Program-made: the position numbers and the translations under genes
Assembly: GCF_964355755.1 (NCBI RefSeq)
Contig: NC_092680.1
Coordinates: 13,959,045 to 14,023,044 of the forward strand
DNA length: 64,000 nucleotides
Origin: Antedon mediterranea
Lineage: Eukaryota > Animalia > Echinodermata
Direction of reading: 5' to 3'
Notes under the pieces: generated by a model
Told to the model about the DNA's origin: nothing
The model's database searches: none
What the model saw: the letters and a program-made list of their open reading frames with translations, nothing else
Shown here: piece after piece, positions 15,701 to 25,975 of the stretch
Layout: each line of letters starts with the position of its first letter
Numbering within the stretch: position 1 is the first letter of the stretch

Positions 15701-16606
15701 TACATGAAAAAGAGTACTATTAAACAATTGTTTAATAGCGCGTACTAAAAAACCTTCAATCCTCCCTACTCCCGAGATCAACATGCATTATCTCCTTATT
15801 TTCAAAATATGGCTGCATCATAAGTTTTTGTGACTCTAATAGTAACCTCCATTGGTTACCATTAGAGTAGTTAGGGTTATTATTATAGATTGACTTATAA
15901 GGTGGCTTACTATTAGAATGGGGGTTGCTATTAGAAGATTTACGGTATACTAAATAATTATGGAGGCTGAGAGATTAGAATGTTCCATTCATTGCCAAGA
16001 AAAATGTTTCTATAAACCTATATTAAATCAAGAAAGCGAAGCATCCTAGTATTAATGTGCGACATTATTGTGTACCCATTAGACAGTGTATACAACAATC
16101 GGGAAAACACTCAAATCGTTGAAGCTAAATTCATTTAATTGTCAATAACTAATTATCTAACTCAATCAGTACCGAAAGTATGAACCAACTTTATATACCA
16201 TCAATTAAAAATTCTAGAAGTAACATGTGATTTACTGAATTTTGCCCTTGCGTAAATTTATATATAGATTAGATGTCATAGCACAATAAGGTAAATTCGG
16301 TTATGATGCAATTATTTATAATTCCTTTGTAACGATAAACAGGAGAACCAGTGAACAATAAACCCTTTGTTTGATTTGATCTATAACTTTTATTATTTGC
16401 GAGCCTTATATTAACCAGTTTAAATTTCATAAACATAACTTATATTATATTTATAAAATTTATATCTGTTAAAGTATATGAAAGTATATACCTGTATTAT
16501 TTCACAAATTTTTCCTTTCCATTGGTCAATTTTAATGAGTGAAACTAATTAAAAGCTATCTTTTGAAAACCTCAATTCTTTTTTTTTTTATTTTTAGCTT
16601 CTGTAG
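560..16606 (+). CDS. STAP1: STAP-family (signal-transducing adaptor protein, PH+SH2) gene, 5'-partial; exons 560-745, 1070-1330, 2883-3021, 3707-3754, 5230-5313, 8970-8992, 9495-9537, 11412-11507, 12547-12600, 14325-14572, 16598-16606
   Basis: All exons are bounded by AG/GT and phases chain in frame. GRVPEHISLLPGQIQDVNEIIAAEKQRR matches the STAP1 post-PH segment (recalled [26 protein letters not shown]). The SH2 ends LPTMYDLIKFFVEKSGGNLKP (STAP1 recalled [21 protein letters not shown]). Probably a co-ortholog of STAP1/STAP2. The terminal exon is uncertain. Confidence 0.82.
1070..1330 (+). CDS. STAP1: STAP-like exon: SH2 domain N-terminal part (WFFNKLSRDHAEQIL...LLIRESE...VRHYRF)
   Basis: cttttcag acceptor, GAG|gtatag donor, 261 nt; SH2 WF, SR, IRES and RHY signatures. 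Confidence 0.93.
1640..2575. mobile_element. Tc1/mariner (pogo/Tigger-type) MITE
   Basis: TIR (C)AGTCGACCTTCTCATTTAC ... GTAAATGAGAAGGTCGACTG followed by TA; subterminal GAGAAGGTTCG repeats; no ORF. Confidence 0.75.
2883..3021 (+). CDS. STAP1: STAP-like exon: SH2 C-terminal helix (HPPLPTMYDLIKFFVEKSGGNLKPME...)
   Basis: ttttattttag acceptor, G|gtacgt donor, 139 nt phase 0/1. Confidence 0.9.
3213..3338. mobile_element. Short Harbinger-like MITE family A (TIR AGCTCTGTCTACACTATCAAACT)
   Basis: Ends AGTTTGATAGTGTAGACAGAGCT-TTA; related copies near 14808-14900, 43752-44643 and 56590-56677. Confidence 0.65.
3707..3754 (+). CDS. STAP-like tail exon (ASKLRSYRRKSEPVVN)
   Basis: ccttctgcag acceptor, T|gtatgt donor, 48 nt phase 1/1. 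Confidence 0.72.
4269..4446. mobile_element. Palindromic Harbinger-like MITE
   Basis: TAA-AGCTTGGTTCCCACT...CGTAACGCAAGGACGTAA / TTACGTCCTTGCGTTGCG...AGTGGAACCACGCT-TTA; long imperfect hairpin. Confidence 0.75.
4783..5080. mobile_element. GC-rich hAT-like non-autonomous element
   Basis: TIR CAGTGGTGGTGCCAG ... CTGGCCCCACCACTG; internal G-run. Confidence 0.55.
5230..5313 (+). CDS. STAP-like tail exon (SYPKDPENGERSPLDTPPDDYLPPMIHQ)
   Basis: Long pyrimidine tract + tag, AAG|gtaatg donor, 84 nt phase 1/1. Confidence 0.78.
5798..6540 (-). mobile_element. 5'-truncated LINE (Rex/Babar or L2-group), RT C-terminus with (TCTTA)n tail
   Basis: ORF 5948-6511: KTKEMIIDFR...IEIVDQYKYLGI...LSWGDHI...TNRFAKSFIP; (AAGAT)n at 5798-5827. 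Confidence 0.9.
7390..7896 (-). mobile_element. Non-autonomous Helitron-like repeat
   Basis: Minus strand begins A|TCTATATATAAATTTACG; related copies at about 15970-16270 and 55435-55650; 3' end not identified. Confidence 0.5.
8970..8992 (+). CDS. STAP-like 23-nt microexon (ATGQPEFQ)
   Basis: ttttttcag acceptor (alternative AG 6 nt downstream), gtaagt donor; needed to convert phase 1 to phase 0. Confidence 0.65.
9495..9537 (+). CDS. STAP-like tail exon (NRGSPQHISYYNVP)
   Basis: ttttcttttttatag-type acceptor, CAG|gtaagt donor, 43 nt phase 0/1. Confidence 0.75.
9673..10919. mobile_element. pogo/Tigger-type MITE
   Basis: TA-CAGTCAACTCTCCCAATA ... TATTGGGAGAGTTGACTG-TA, 18-bp perfect TIR; many subterminal TCCGGTTTT motifs. 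Confidence 0.88.
11412..11507 (+). CDS. STAP-like proline-rich exon (ETQLHFDDVPNDPPPPTPKRRQTVSDTVRRPP)
   Basis: poly-T + atag acceptor, CAG|gtaaca donor, 96 nt phase 1/1. Confidence 0.8.
11910..12492. mobile_element. Harbinger-like MITE
   Basis: TAA-AGCCGATTTACACAAACGAGCGGTAACGGT ... ACCGTTACCGCTCGTCTGTTTAAATTGTCCT-TTA. Confidence 0.7.
12547..12600 (+). CDS. STAP-like tail exon (ELPPSRRRQSEPIVKPTS)
   Basis: gatag acceptor, T|gtatgt donor, 54 nt phase 1/1; resembles exon 3707-3754. Confidence 0.7.
13037..13255 (+). mobile_element. tRNA-derived SINE family 2 with 14-bp target-site duplication
   Basis: A-box TAGCCGAGTGG, core CCACTCAGCTGTAAATGAGTACCTGG, (CCTTTA) tail, TSD TACTCTATCTACTA at 13023-13036 and 13256-13269. 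Confidence 0.82.
14325..14572 (+). CDS. STAP-like S/T/N-rich tail exon ending ...DDNMSTYLE
   Basis: ttttgtgtgcag acceptor, GAA|gtgagt donor, 248 nt phase 1/0; possible internal donor CAG|gttcgt after 14393. Confidence 0.8.
16598..16606 (+). CDS. Candidate terminal coding exon (LL*), giving C-terminus STYLELL
   Basis: Very strong poly-T acceptor tttttag|CTT CTG TAG; AATAAA at 16721. Confidence 0.55.
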   Translation, partial: LL

Positions 16607-17929
16607 AAAATCTTTAGAAACTTTTTAGTTATTAACTAGTGTCTAGAATTTTTCTAATATTCAGCAAAAAATTACAATTCTTTTCTATATTAAATTCTAT
16701 ATATATAATTTTTAATATATAATAAAAATTACTATCACTTTATACTGTATACCATAAATAGAAAAGGATAAAGTATTTCATCTATGTAAATGCCAAATAA
16801 TATTTCAACTATTATCTCTTAGATTTAATATTTCTAATATTATTTTTGCTTTACTTGCAGAGTGAATGCGATATATTTTAATTTAATTTAATAAAAGTGA
16901 AACAGGTAATTACCGGTTGATGCTGGAGGTGAACACTATCAGTTATATTGATAAAATTGTGTTAGGGCATGTGAAAGGTTTCCAACTAAATTATTAATTT
17001 ATTAAATGTGAATTTATTTATAGGCACGTTACCATACAAGTTTTGTTGCTTATAAGGACTTTAAGAAGCAGTAACAGCAGCAGTAGCAGGTTTATATGTA
17101 GTATAGGATAGTTTATTTAATATGTATATATTTGTGCTAAGTCTTATCTCAATTTTTTTCTACATGGTGACTTTTTAACAGATATTTATTTAATTGTTTT
17201 TCTGGTAAACATCTAAATTCTTTTTCTGCCTTATAGTAATGTTTATATAATTTGTGGTAGCTTCACATTCTTCATATAAACTCAATTTATATTGGCTAAT
17301 AATCAATCAAATGTAATACTTGTGAATTATGAACAAATAATTCAGTAAATTATTACATATATAACAGGCTATAAACAGTGCAGAAGATAAGTTAAAAAAT
17401 TAAACACAAACAATTAACTATAATATAAAAATAATATATTTTATTTTGAATTACTCAATTCCCTGACGCAAAAAAACTACAATTACAATATATTTTATGC
17501 AAAGAAATTATATGGTACATTAATAAAAATACTAAATTTGAAAGTTGATCAATATAACTATAAGAGTCTAGTAAAGTCTATTAAAATATATACTTACAAT
17601 GGTGGCTTATGATTGGTCAATAATGAATTTCTATCCTGCTTTATACTGGTTCAATAGAGTGGGTAAAAATGTGTAAGTAAACGTGTGTAATAGTGGATTT
17701 GAGAAAAGTGTTGAGAGAGCCGTATGTCGTCATAGCATTTGAGTATGAAGTAAAGTTCATATTATAACATGCATTGGTCATATTGCTACTAATCTACAGT
17801 GCAAATACCACTAATATTAATGCTTTTTTCACTATAATGTGTATGTAAGTCAAGTTATATAATAAAGGGATGTATATAACTCAATTTTAATTTAAAGTTA
17901 TGATTCCTAAAGAAAGATTAATGTACAGG

Positions 17930-20900
17930 AGATTCCCTGGAAGAATGTTTCATTGGAGGGGTATTTGGTAATATGTTTCCCTGGAGGGGTATTTGGTAAT
18001 ATGTTTTCCTGGAGGGATATTTGGTAATATTTTCCCTGGAGGGGTATTTGAAGACATGTTTCCCTGGAGGGGTATTTGATGATATGTTTCCCTGAAGGGG
18101 TATTTGATGATATGTTTCCCTGAAGGGGTATTTGGTGATATGTTTCTTTGGAGGGATATTTGGTGATATGTTTCCCTGGAGTGGTAGTTGATGATATGTT
18201 TCCCTGGAGTGGTAGTTGATGATATGTTTCCCTTGAGTGGTAGTTGATGATACATTTCCATGGAGGGGTATTTGGTGATATGTTTCCCTGGAGGAATATT
18301 TGATGTTTCCCTGGGGAGGTATTTGATGATATGTTTTCCTGGAGGAGTATGTGATGATATGTTTCCCTGGAGTGGTGTTTGATGATATTTTCCCTGGAGA
18401 GGTATTTGATGATATGTTTCCCTGGAGGGGTATTTGATGATATGCTCCCTGGAGGGGTATTTGGTGATATTTTCCCTGGAGGAATATTTGATGTTTCCCT
18501 GGGGAGTTATTTGATGATATGTTTCCCTGTAGGAGTATTTGATGATATGTTTCCCTGGAGTGGTGTTTGATGATATGTTCCCGGGAGAGGTATTTGATGA
18601 TATGTTTCCCTGTAGGAGTATTTGATGATATGTTCCCGGGAGTGGTGTTTGATGATATGTTCCCGGGAGAGGTATTTGATATGTTTCACTGGAGTGGTGT
18701 TTGATGATATGTTCCCGGGAGAGGTATTTGATGATATGTTTCCCTGGAGGGGTATTTGATGATATGTTTCCCTGTAGGAGTATTTGATGATATGTTTCCC
18801 TGGAGTGGTGTTTGATGATATGTTCCCGGGAGAGGTATTTGATGATATGTTTCCCTGGAGTGGTGTTTGGTGATATGTTTCCCTGGAGGGGTTTTTGATG
18901 ATATGTTTCCCTGGAGTGGTGTTTGATGATATGTTTCCCTGGAGTGGTGTTTGATGATATGTTCCCGGGAGAGGTATTTGATGATATGTTTCCCTGGAGT
19001 GGTGTTTGATGATATGTTTCCCGGGAGAGGTATTTGATGATATGTTTCCCTGGAGTGGTATTTGATGATATGTTCCCGGGAGAGGTATTTGATGATATGT
19101 TTCCCTGTAGGGGTTTTTGATGATATGTTTCCCTGGAGTGGTGTTTGATGATATGTTCCCGGGAGAGGTATTTGATGATATGTTTCCCTGTAGGAGTATT
19201 TGATGATATGTTTCCCTGTAGGAGTATTTGATGATATGTTCCCGGGAGTGGTGTTTGATGATATGTTCCCGGGAGAGGTATTTGATATGTTTCACTGGAG
19301 TGGTGTTTGATGATATGTTCCCGGGAGAGGTATTTGATGATATGTTTCCCTGGAGGGGTATTTGATGATATGTTTCCCTGTAGGAGTATTTGATGATATG
19401 TTTCCCTGGAGTGGTGTTTGATGATATGTTCCCGGGAGAGGTATTTGATGATATGTTTCCCTGGAGTGGTGTTTGGTGATATGTTTCCCTGTAGGGGTAT
19501 TTGATGATATGTTTCCCTGTAGGGGTTTTTGATGATATGTTTCCCTGGAGTGGTGTTTGATGATATGTTTCCCTGTAGGGGTTTTTGATGATATGTTTCC
19601 CGGGAGAGGTATTTGATGATATGTTTCCCTGGAGAGGTTTTTGATGATATGTTCCCGGGAGAGGTATTTGATGATATGTTTCCCTGTAGGGGTTTTTGAT
19701 GATATGTTTCCCTGGAGTGGTGTTTGATGATATGTTCCCGGGAGAGGTATTTGATGATATGTTTCCCTGTAGGGGTTTTTGATGATATGTTTCCCTGGAG
19801 TGGTATTTGATGATATGTTCCCGGGAGAGGTATTTGATGATATGTTTCCCGGGAGAGGTATTTGATGATATGTTTCCCTGTAGGGGTTTTTGATGATATG
19901 TTTCCCTGGAGTGGTATTTGATGATATGTTTCCCGGGAGAGGTTTTTGATGATATGTTCCCGGGAGAGGTATTTGATGATATGTTTCCCTGGAGTGGTGT
20001 TTGGTGATATGTTTCCCGGGAGAGGTATTTGATGATATGTTTCCCTGGAGTGGTATTTGATGATATGTTTCCCGGGAGAGGTATTTGATGATATGTTTCC
20101 CTGGAGTGGTATTTGATGATATGTTTCCCGGGAGAGGTATTTGATGATATGTTTCCCGGGAGAGGTTTTTGATGATATGTTCCCGGGAGAGGTATTTGAT
20201 GATATGTTTCCCTGGAGTGGTGTTTGATGATATGTTTCCCGGGAGAGGTATTTGATGATATGTTTCCCGGGAGAGGTTTTTGATGATATGTTCCCGGGAG
20301 AGGTATTTGATGATATGTTCCCGGGAGAGGTATTTGATGATATGTTTCCCTGGAGTGGTATTTGATGATATGTTTCCCTGGAGTGGTATTTGATGATATG
20401 TTCCCGGGAGAGGTATTTGATGATATGTTTCCCTGTAGGGGTTTTTGATGATATGTTTCCCTGGAGTGGTGTTTGATGATATGTTCCCGGGAGTGGTGTT
20501 TGATGATATGTTCCCGGGAGAGGTATTTGATGATATGTTTCCCTGGAGTGGTGTTTGATGATATGTTCCCGGGAGAGGTATTTGATGATATGTTTCCCTG
20601 TAGGAGTATTTGATGATATGTTCCCGGGAGTGGTGTTTGATGATATGTTCCCGGGAGAGATATTTGATATGTTTCACTGGAGTGGTGTTTGATGATATGT
20701 TCCCGGGAGAGGTATTTGATGATATGTTTCCCTGGAGGGGTATTTGATGATATGTTTCCCTGTAGGAGTATTTGATGATATGTTTCCCTGGAGTGGTGTT
20801 TGATGATATGTTCCCGGGAGAGGTATTTGATATGTTTCCCTGGAGTGGTGTTTGGTGATATGTTTCCCTGGAGGGGTATTTGATGATATGTTTCCCTGTA

Positions 20901-22032
20901 GGGGTTTTTGATGATATGTTTCCCTGGAGTGGTGTTTGATGATATGTTTCCCGGGAGAGGTATTTGATGATATGTTTCCCTGGAGTGGTATTTGATGATA
21001 TGTTTCCCTGGAGTGGTGTTTGATGATATGTTTCCCTGGAGTGGTATTTGATGATATGTTCCCGGGAGAGGTATTTGATGATATGTTTCCCTGTAGGGGT
21101 TTTTGATGATATGTTTCCCTGTAGGGGTTTTTGATGATATGTTTCCCTGTAGGGGTTTTTGATGATATGTTTCCCTGTAGGGGTATTTGATGATATGTTT
21201 CCCTGGAGTGGTGTTTGATGATATGTTTCCCGGGAGAGGTATTTGATGATATGTTTCCCTGGAGTGGTATTTGATGATATGTTCCCGGGAGAGGTATTTG
21301 ATGATATGTTTCCCTGTAGGGGTTTTTGATGATATGTTTCCCTGGAGTGGTGTTTGATGATATGTTCCCGGGAGAGGTATTTGATGATATGTTTCCCTGG
21401 AGTGGTGTTTGATATGTTCCCGGGAGAGGTATTTGATGATATGTTCCCTGGAGTGGTGTTTGATGATATGTTTCCCTGGAGTGGTATTTGATGATATGTT
21501 CCCTGGAGTGGTGTTTGATGATATGCTCCCGGGAGAGGTTTTTGATGATATGTTTCCCTGTAGGGGTTTTTGATGATATGTTTCCCTGTAGGGGTTTTTG
21601 ATGATATGCTCCCGGGAGAGGTATTTGATGATATGTTCCCGGGAGAGGTATTTGATGATATGTTTCCCTGTAGGGGTTTTTGATGATATGTTTCCCTGTA
21701 GGGGTTTTTGATGATATGTTTCCCTGGAGTGGTGTTTGATGATATGTTTCCCTGTAGGGGTTTTTGATGATATGTTTCCCTGTAGGGGTTTTTGATGATA
21801 TGTTTCCCTGTAGGGGTTTTTGATGATATGTTTCCCTGTAGGGGTATTTGATGATATGTTCCCGGGAGTGGTGTTTGATGATATGTTCCCTGGAGAGGTA
21901 TTTGATGATATGTTCCCGGGAGTGGTGTTTGATGATATGTTCCCTGGAGGGGTGTTTGATGATATGTTCCCTGGAGAGGTATTTGATGATATGTTCCCGG
22001 GAGGGGTGTTTGATGATATGTTCCCTGGAGGG
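17930..22032. repeat. 4.1-kb minisatellite, 27-28-bp unit TTTGATGATATGTT(T)CCC + one of a few 10-nt variants
   Basis: Direct reading; variants include TGGAGTGGTG, GGGAGAGGTA, TGTAGGAGTA, TGTAGGGGTT, TGGAGGGGTA; explains the ORFs from 17950 to 22086. Confidence 0.97.
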
Positions 22033-22607
22033 ATTATTATTTTTTGCTGATAGGTTTCCTTTTTTATAGTTTTTAGAGTTTTTCAAGTAGTTTAATTAGT
22101 TTTCCTACACCTCATTATAATGCTATATTATTATGTTCAGGCAAGATGTTTACTCATATTAACAGCTTTAATCAAGTTTTCCACTATATAGCTACGGTAT
22201 ATGCAGTTAATGAAATGCTTGCTAAAAGTGTACAGTAAACTCTCTGAAAACCACTGAAAGCCTTTAGTCAACACACAACTTCTGATTTTTATGAGGAATA
22301 GTGAGAATACAATCTCTCTAGTTTTACTCTTTGAAAAGGACAGATTGTAAGAATTTATTTTGAGAACTAAAGTATATACTGGTTTTGTTAGAGTTTTCTG
22401 TGGATCTTAATAAATGGGCTTATATAGGCTTTTAGAAATAATAATTAGTAAATTAATTATATATTAAAACAACTGGGATTCTTTATCACAGTGGCACCTA
22501 TTTACTTACAAATAACATTTTCGGATTTTTTTCAAAAATTTGGTTATTAATATTGAAGAATTGAATTGAATTAAATTGTGTTTTTTTGATATTCTGTCTT
22601 GTTTTAG

Positions 22608-22663
22608 ATGTTGACTCCGAGCTCTCACAGATTTTAAAGAAGTTTAACATAAAAACGACATGA
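22608..22663 (+). CDS. Candidate alternative terminal exon (xVDSELSQILKKFNIKTT*, phase 1)
   Basis: ttctgtcttgttttag acceptor, amphipathic-helix-like frame, followed by about 2 kb of AT-rich UTR-like sequence. Confidence 0.45.
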
Positions 22664-25600
22664 AGAGAGGATAAAGCTTCACATGGCACTGCCTATCAAC
22701 ATATATCTGTGAGCTCATTTTATTCAATGAAGATGGAAGATTAAAATATTAAATATATACATCAACTAGAAATAAGTAAAAATGAGAATTCTCAAGAAAA
22801 TGAGTATGAACCATATATTTGTTATTTAATCATATTTGCAATCATTTATTGATGTTGCCATTATTCACAGCCCAGCCCAAAGTTGTCATCCCAGTTACTA
22901 TATAAATTGTTTTGTGCTGTACCTGATTTGTAAAGATGGATTAAACACAACTGTGTATTACACATGCATATACCCTGTATGATATACATGAACTGAATAT
23001 ACCATTCTGTAAATAGTGGTTTGTAAAATGAGGATAGCATATACTTGATTCACCCAATGCTTTCTATCTAAGCAGGGCATAGCCATCAGTAAAAAAGTAA
23101 ATTTTAAATGAATTAAAGCACTTTGGGTTATCTGTTAGATTATTTGAGAAAAAATTAATGGTAATTGATTTGACTAGGCTGCAAGGACCAAACCATTCTG
23201 TAAATATTTATTAGGATTAAAACACACTCGTGGAAATGTGTGTGTACTGTATATATATAATATAGAATGTACGTGGGTGTGCAAGGTCAAATGGGTGGAA
23301 ACATCAAAATTTCAATTGCATTTTAATTAAAGTAATTAACATGAATATTTTAATTTATATAATTGATTGATATAATTGTTTCGGATTGTAAAAGTAATTT
23401 TCAAAAATAATTAATAAGAAGTTGTTTGTACCAAGTAATCTTTTATTGCATGATCTATGCTACATTGAAATTGATATAGAATTTTGGAAAAACAGAGTGT
23501 ACTTCCAAACAAGATGGCGCTAATTGAAGTGTGAAATTGTGATTCTGAAATCAAGTAGTTTTAACACAAATTGTGAGTGGTTTGACATATAAAATGTGTA
23601 AATTGTGTAAATATAGCTACATAATGAGCATGAGTTTGTGAGTAGTACTTGACCCATGTGTTTCGTGTCATCTGCTTGCTCTTCTTTCTTTTATTTTACG
23701 TCACTTTCATGGGATGTTTCAATTATTCAATTTAAAATATATTTTTGAAAGCATATCCTGGGGGCGAGATAGTAAATATGAAAGTAGATCTGTGTTTAAA
23801 ATAGCTTTGACAATTTGTCAGATCATATGAATATTATTCATAGATACTTCGGAAGACCATATAAAAAATATTTTTTAGCAAAGCGCTAATGTGACCAGAG
23901 GCACTGAATCTAAAAATTGTCTTTAAAATCTGCTTGAATTTAAAAGGAAAAATATGTAAATTATTCTAGGTACACAGTTTAATAGATGAATTTAATATTT
24001 GATTTTCAATATCAATGTAGGATTGTTTATAATACCATTATTATTTATTTAGAAATTACAATTAAAATGTTGAATGGAAATGAATGTGATATACTGTAAC
24101 TAAGTGGTGTTCCCTTGATACTTTCTCTGTCATATGATGTCCACATAGGAGTGTAAATATGTACCTGATAGGATATGACTGATTTGGAAGTGGTTAGACT
24201 TGAGTTTTGAATAAGAAAATAACAATTAGTACTTAAATTATTGATACATATCGAAACTAGTTTTGGAACACCTTGTAACGCTTCAATATGTTTGTTTTGG
24301 CCAACTTAATAGTTTTGCATTCCAATACAATATATAATTCGAAAATGTATGAATGTGTTTTTTCATGTAACTTATTATTTCTTCCATATTTGATTTTATT
24401 TTTGTACTGTACTTGGAAAGTTTTAAGTGGTCAATTTACCAAATGCTGTCATACTTTTAGCCATACTTTCTTATCTACTTCCTCAACTGGTTGAGAATTA
24501 TAAGCATCATGATTTTATTTTTGTTAATTAAAATGGCTTAGGGTATGATTGCATTTTGACCTGTCATGTGTGACCCTAGAGGGTGATATAACCATTATTT
24601 ATGCATACTTATAATATTTTTTAAGATCTTTTTAAACTGTTTATAAAATAAGAGGCCAATGTGTATGTATTATTAATTAATATTGTAACAATAATCTTAT
24701 TTTTTAATTTTTCAAGCAATTTGTAAAATATAGTTTAATTGTAAATATTGTTGTTGAAAATGAATATTATTACAACGATTCTAAGCATTTTAGGCCATTA
24801 CTGTACGTTTGTATATTTAAAAATTACTTAATCATGTGAATTAATTAGTCTAATTAAAGCTAATGAAATGAATACTAATATGTAAATATGTTTTACAATT
24901 ATATAATTATTACTTGGATATAAACAAAATGCAAATTTAAAACAAATATTTTCCATCATCAAGTTGGGATATAATTGTTATATAAATGATGGAGATGGAT
25001 GGGTTTGTTTTTTAATTTAACCCACACAAAACTCAATTGTGTGTCATCTCTCTCACACATTTTAAAGTTTTCATATAAACATTTTAGAATGGGAAATTGA
25101 AGACTGATCATTAAAAATAAATGATGAGTGGTGTTTAAGTTATATCTGGTTAATTAGTGTTAAAGCTATATATCTGTATTTTCAAATAAACAAGACAAAA
25201 ACCAGACAAAAACTCATTTGAAAGTTTCTTTGTCTTCATTATATTCACTGTAATAGAAAAGAAAGAAATAGAAAAATGCTTGTTTTGACCTTTGACCATA
25301 AATTTGGATTACCTCAATATCTCATTAACGACTGGCTGTAGAGATTTCAAATTTGTCCCAAATTATTCAGAATGCCCACTTTAATGAAAGAATATAAATA
25401 TGGGTCTTCTGAGTCTTTTGACACCAAAATTGTTTACTTCCACCTACTGGTTGTCAAAATATAGTAAATATTGTTAAGATGGCAGCCATTTTGAAAAATA
25501 GCCCAATCAGGTTAAAGCAGACCGGGGGAAACCCCAGGTACTTCTAGTATGTTGTTCAACCTCAGGGACCTATCCTAAAAAATTCAGCTTTAGCATATTT

Positions 25601-25956
25601 AGCCTTTTTTTTTTTTTTTTCTTTTTTCTGGATAGCTACTTAGCAAGTGCAAAATGTTTTCACGCTGCTGCTCTAGCCAGCTACGTCCCATGAGGACTAC
25701 TCATTCAGAAGCTAAAGCAAGCAGCAGTATCTAAGTTTTGCGACTTTGTAAACTCAACTATAATTTATAGATCCCAGCTGCTGGACCCAAAAAACGTCTG
25801 GGAAAAGAGAGTCTATGAGGGCTCATGGTTGAACGATTTTGGATTCTCGCTCTTTGATTGGTTGATGCAAATCAACAGATTGTGGAAGAATTTGCTCACT
25901 TGTACCATGTTGTCTCTAGAGGGTATTCAGTTGCATGCCTACAGGTTGAGGTCATA

Positions 25957-25975
25957 CACACACACACACACACAC
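25957..25975. repeat. (CA)n microsatellite
   Basis: acacacacacacacacaca run. Confidence 0.85.

Noticed and set aside
17930-22032. CRISPR-like alternation of constant and variable blocks
   Set aside because: The variable parts are 10 nt, drawn from a few related variants rather than unique spacers; there are no cas genes and the context is eukaryotic
18507-22086. Long ORFs of 262, 461 and 470 aa as protein genes
   Set aside because: They are translations of the minisatellite cycling through frames; no splice or domain evidence
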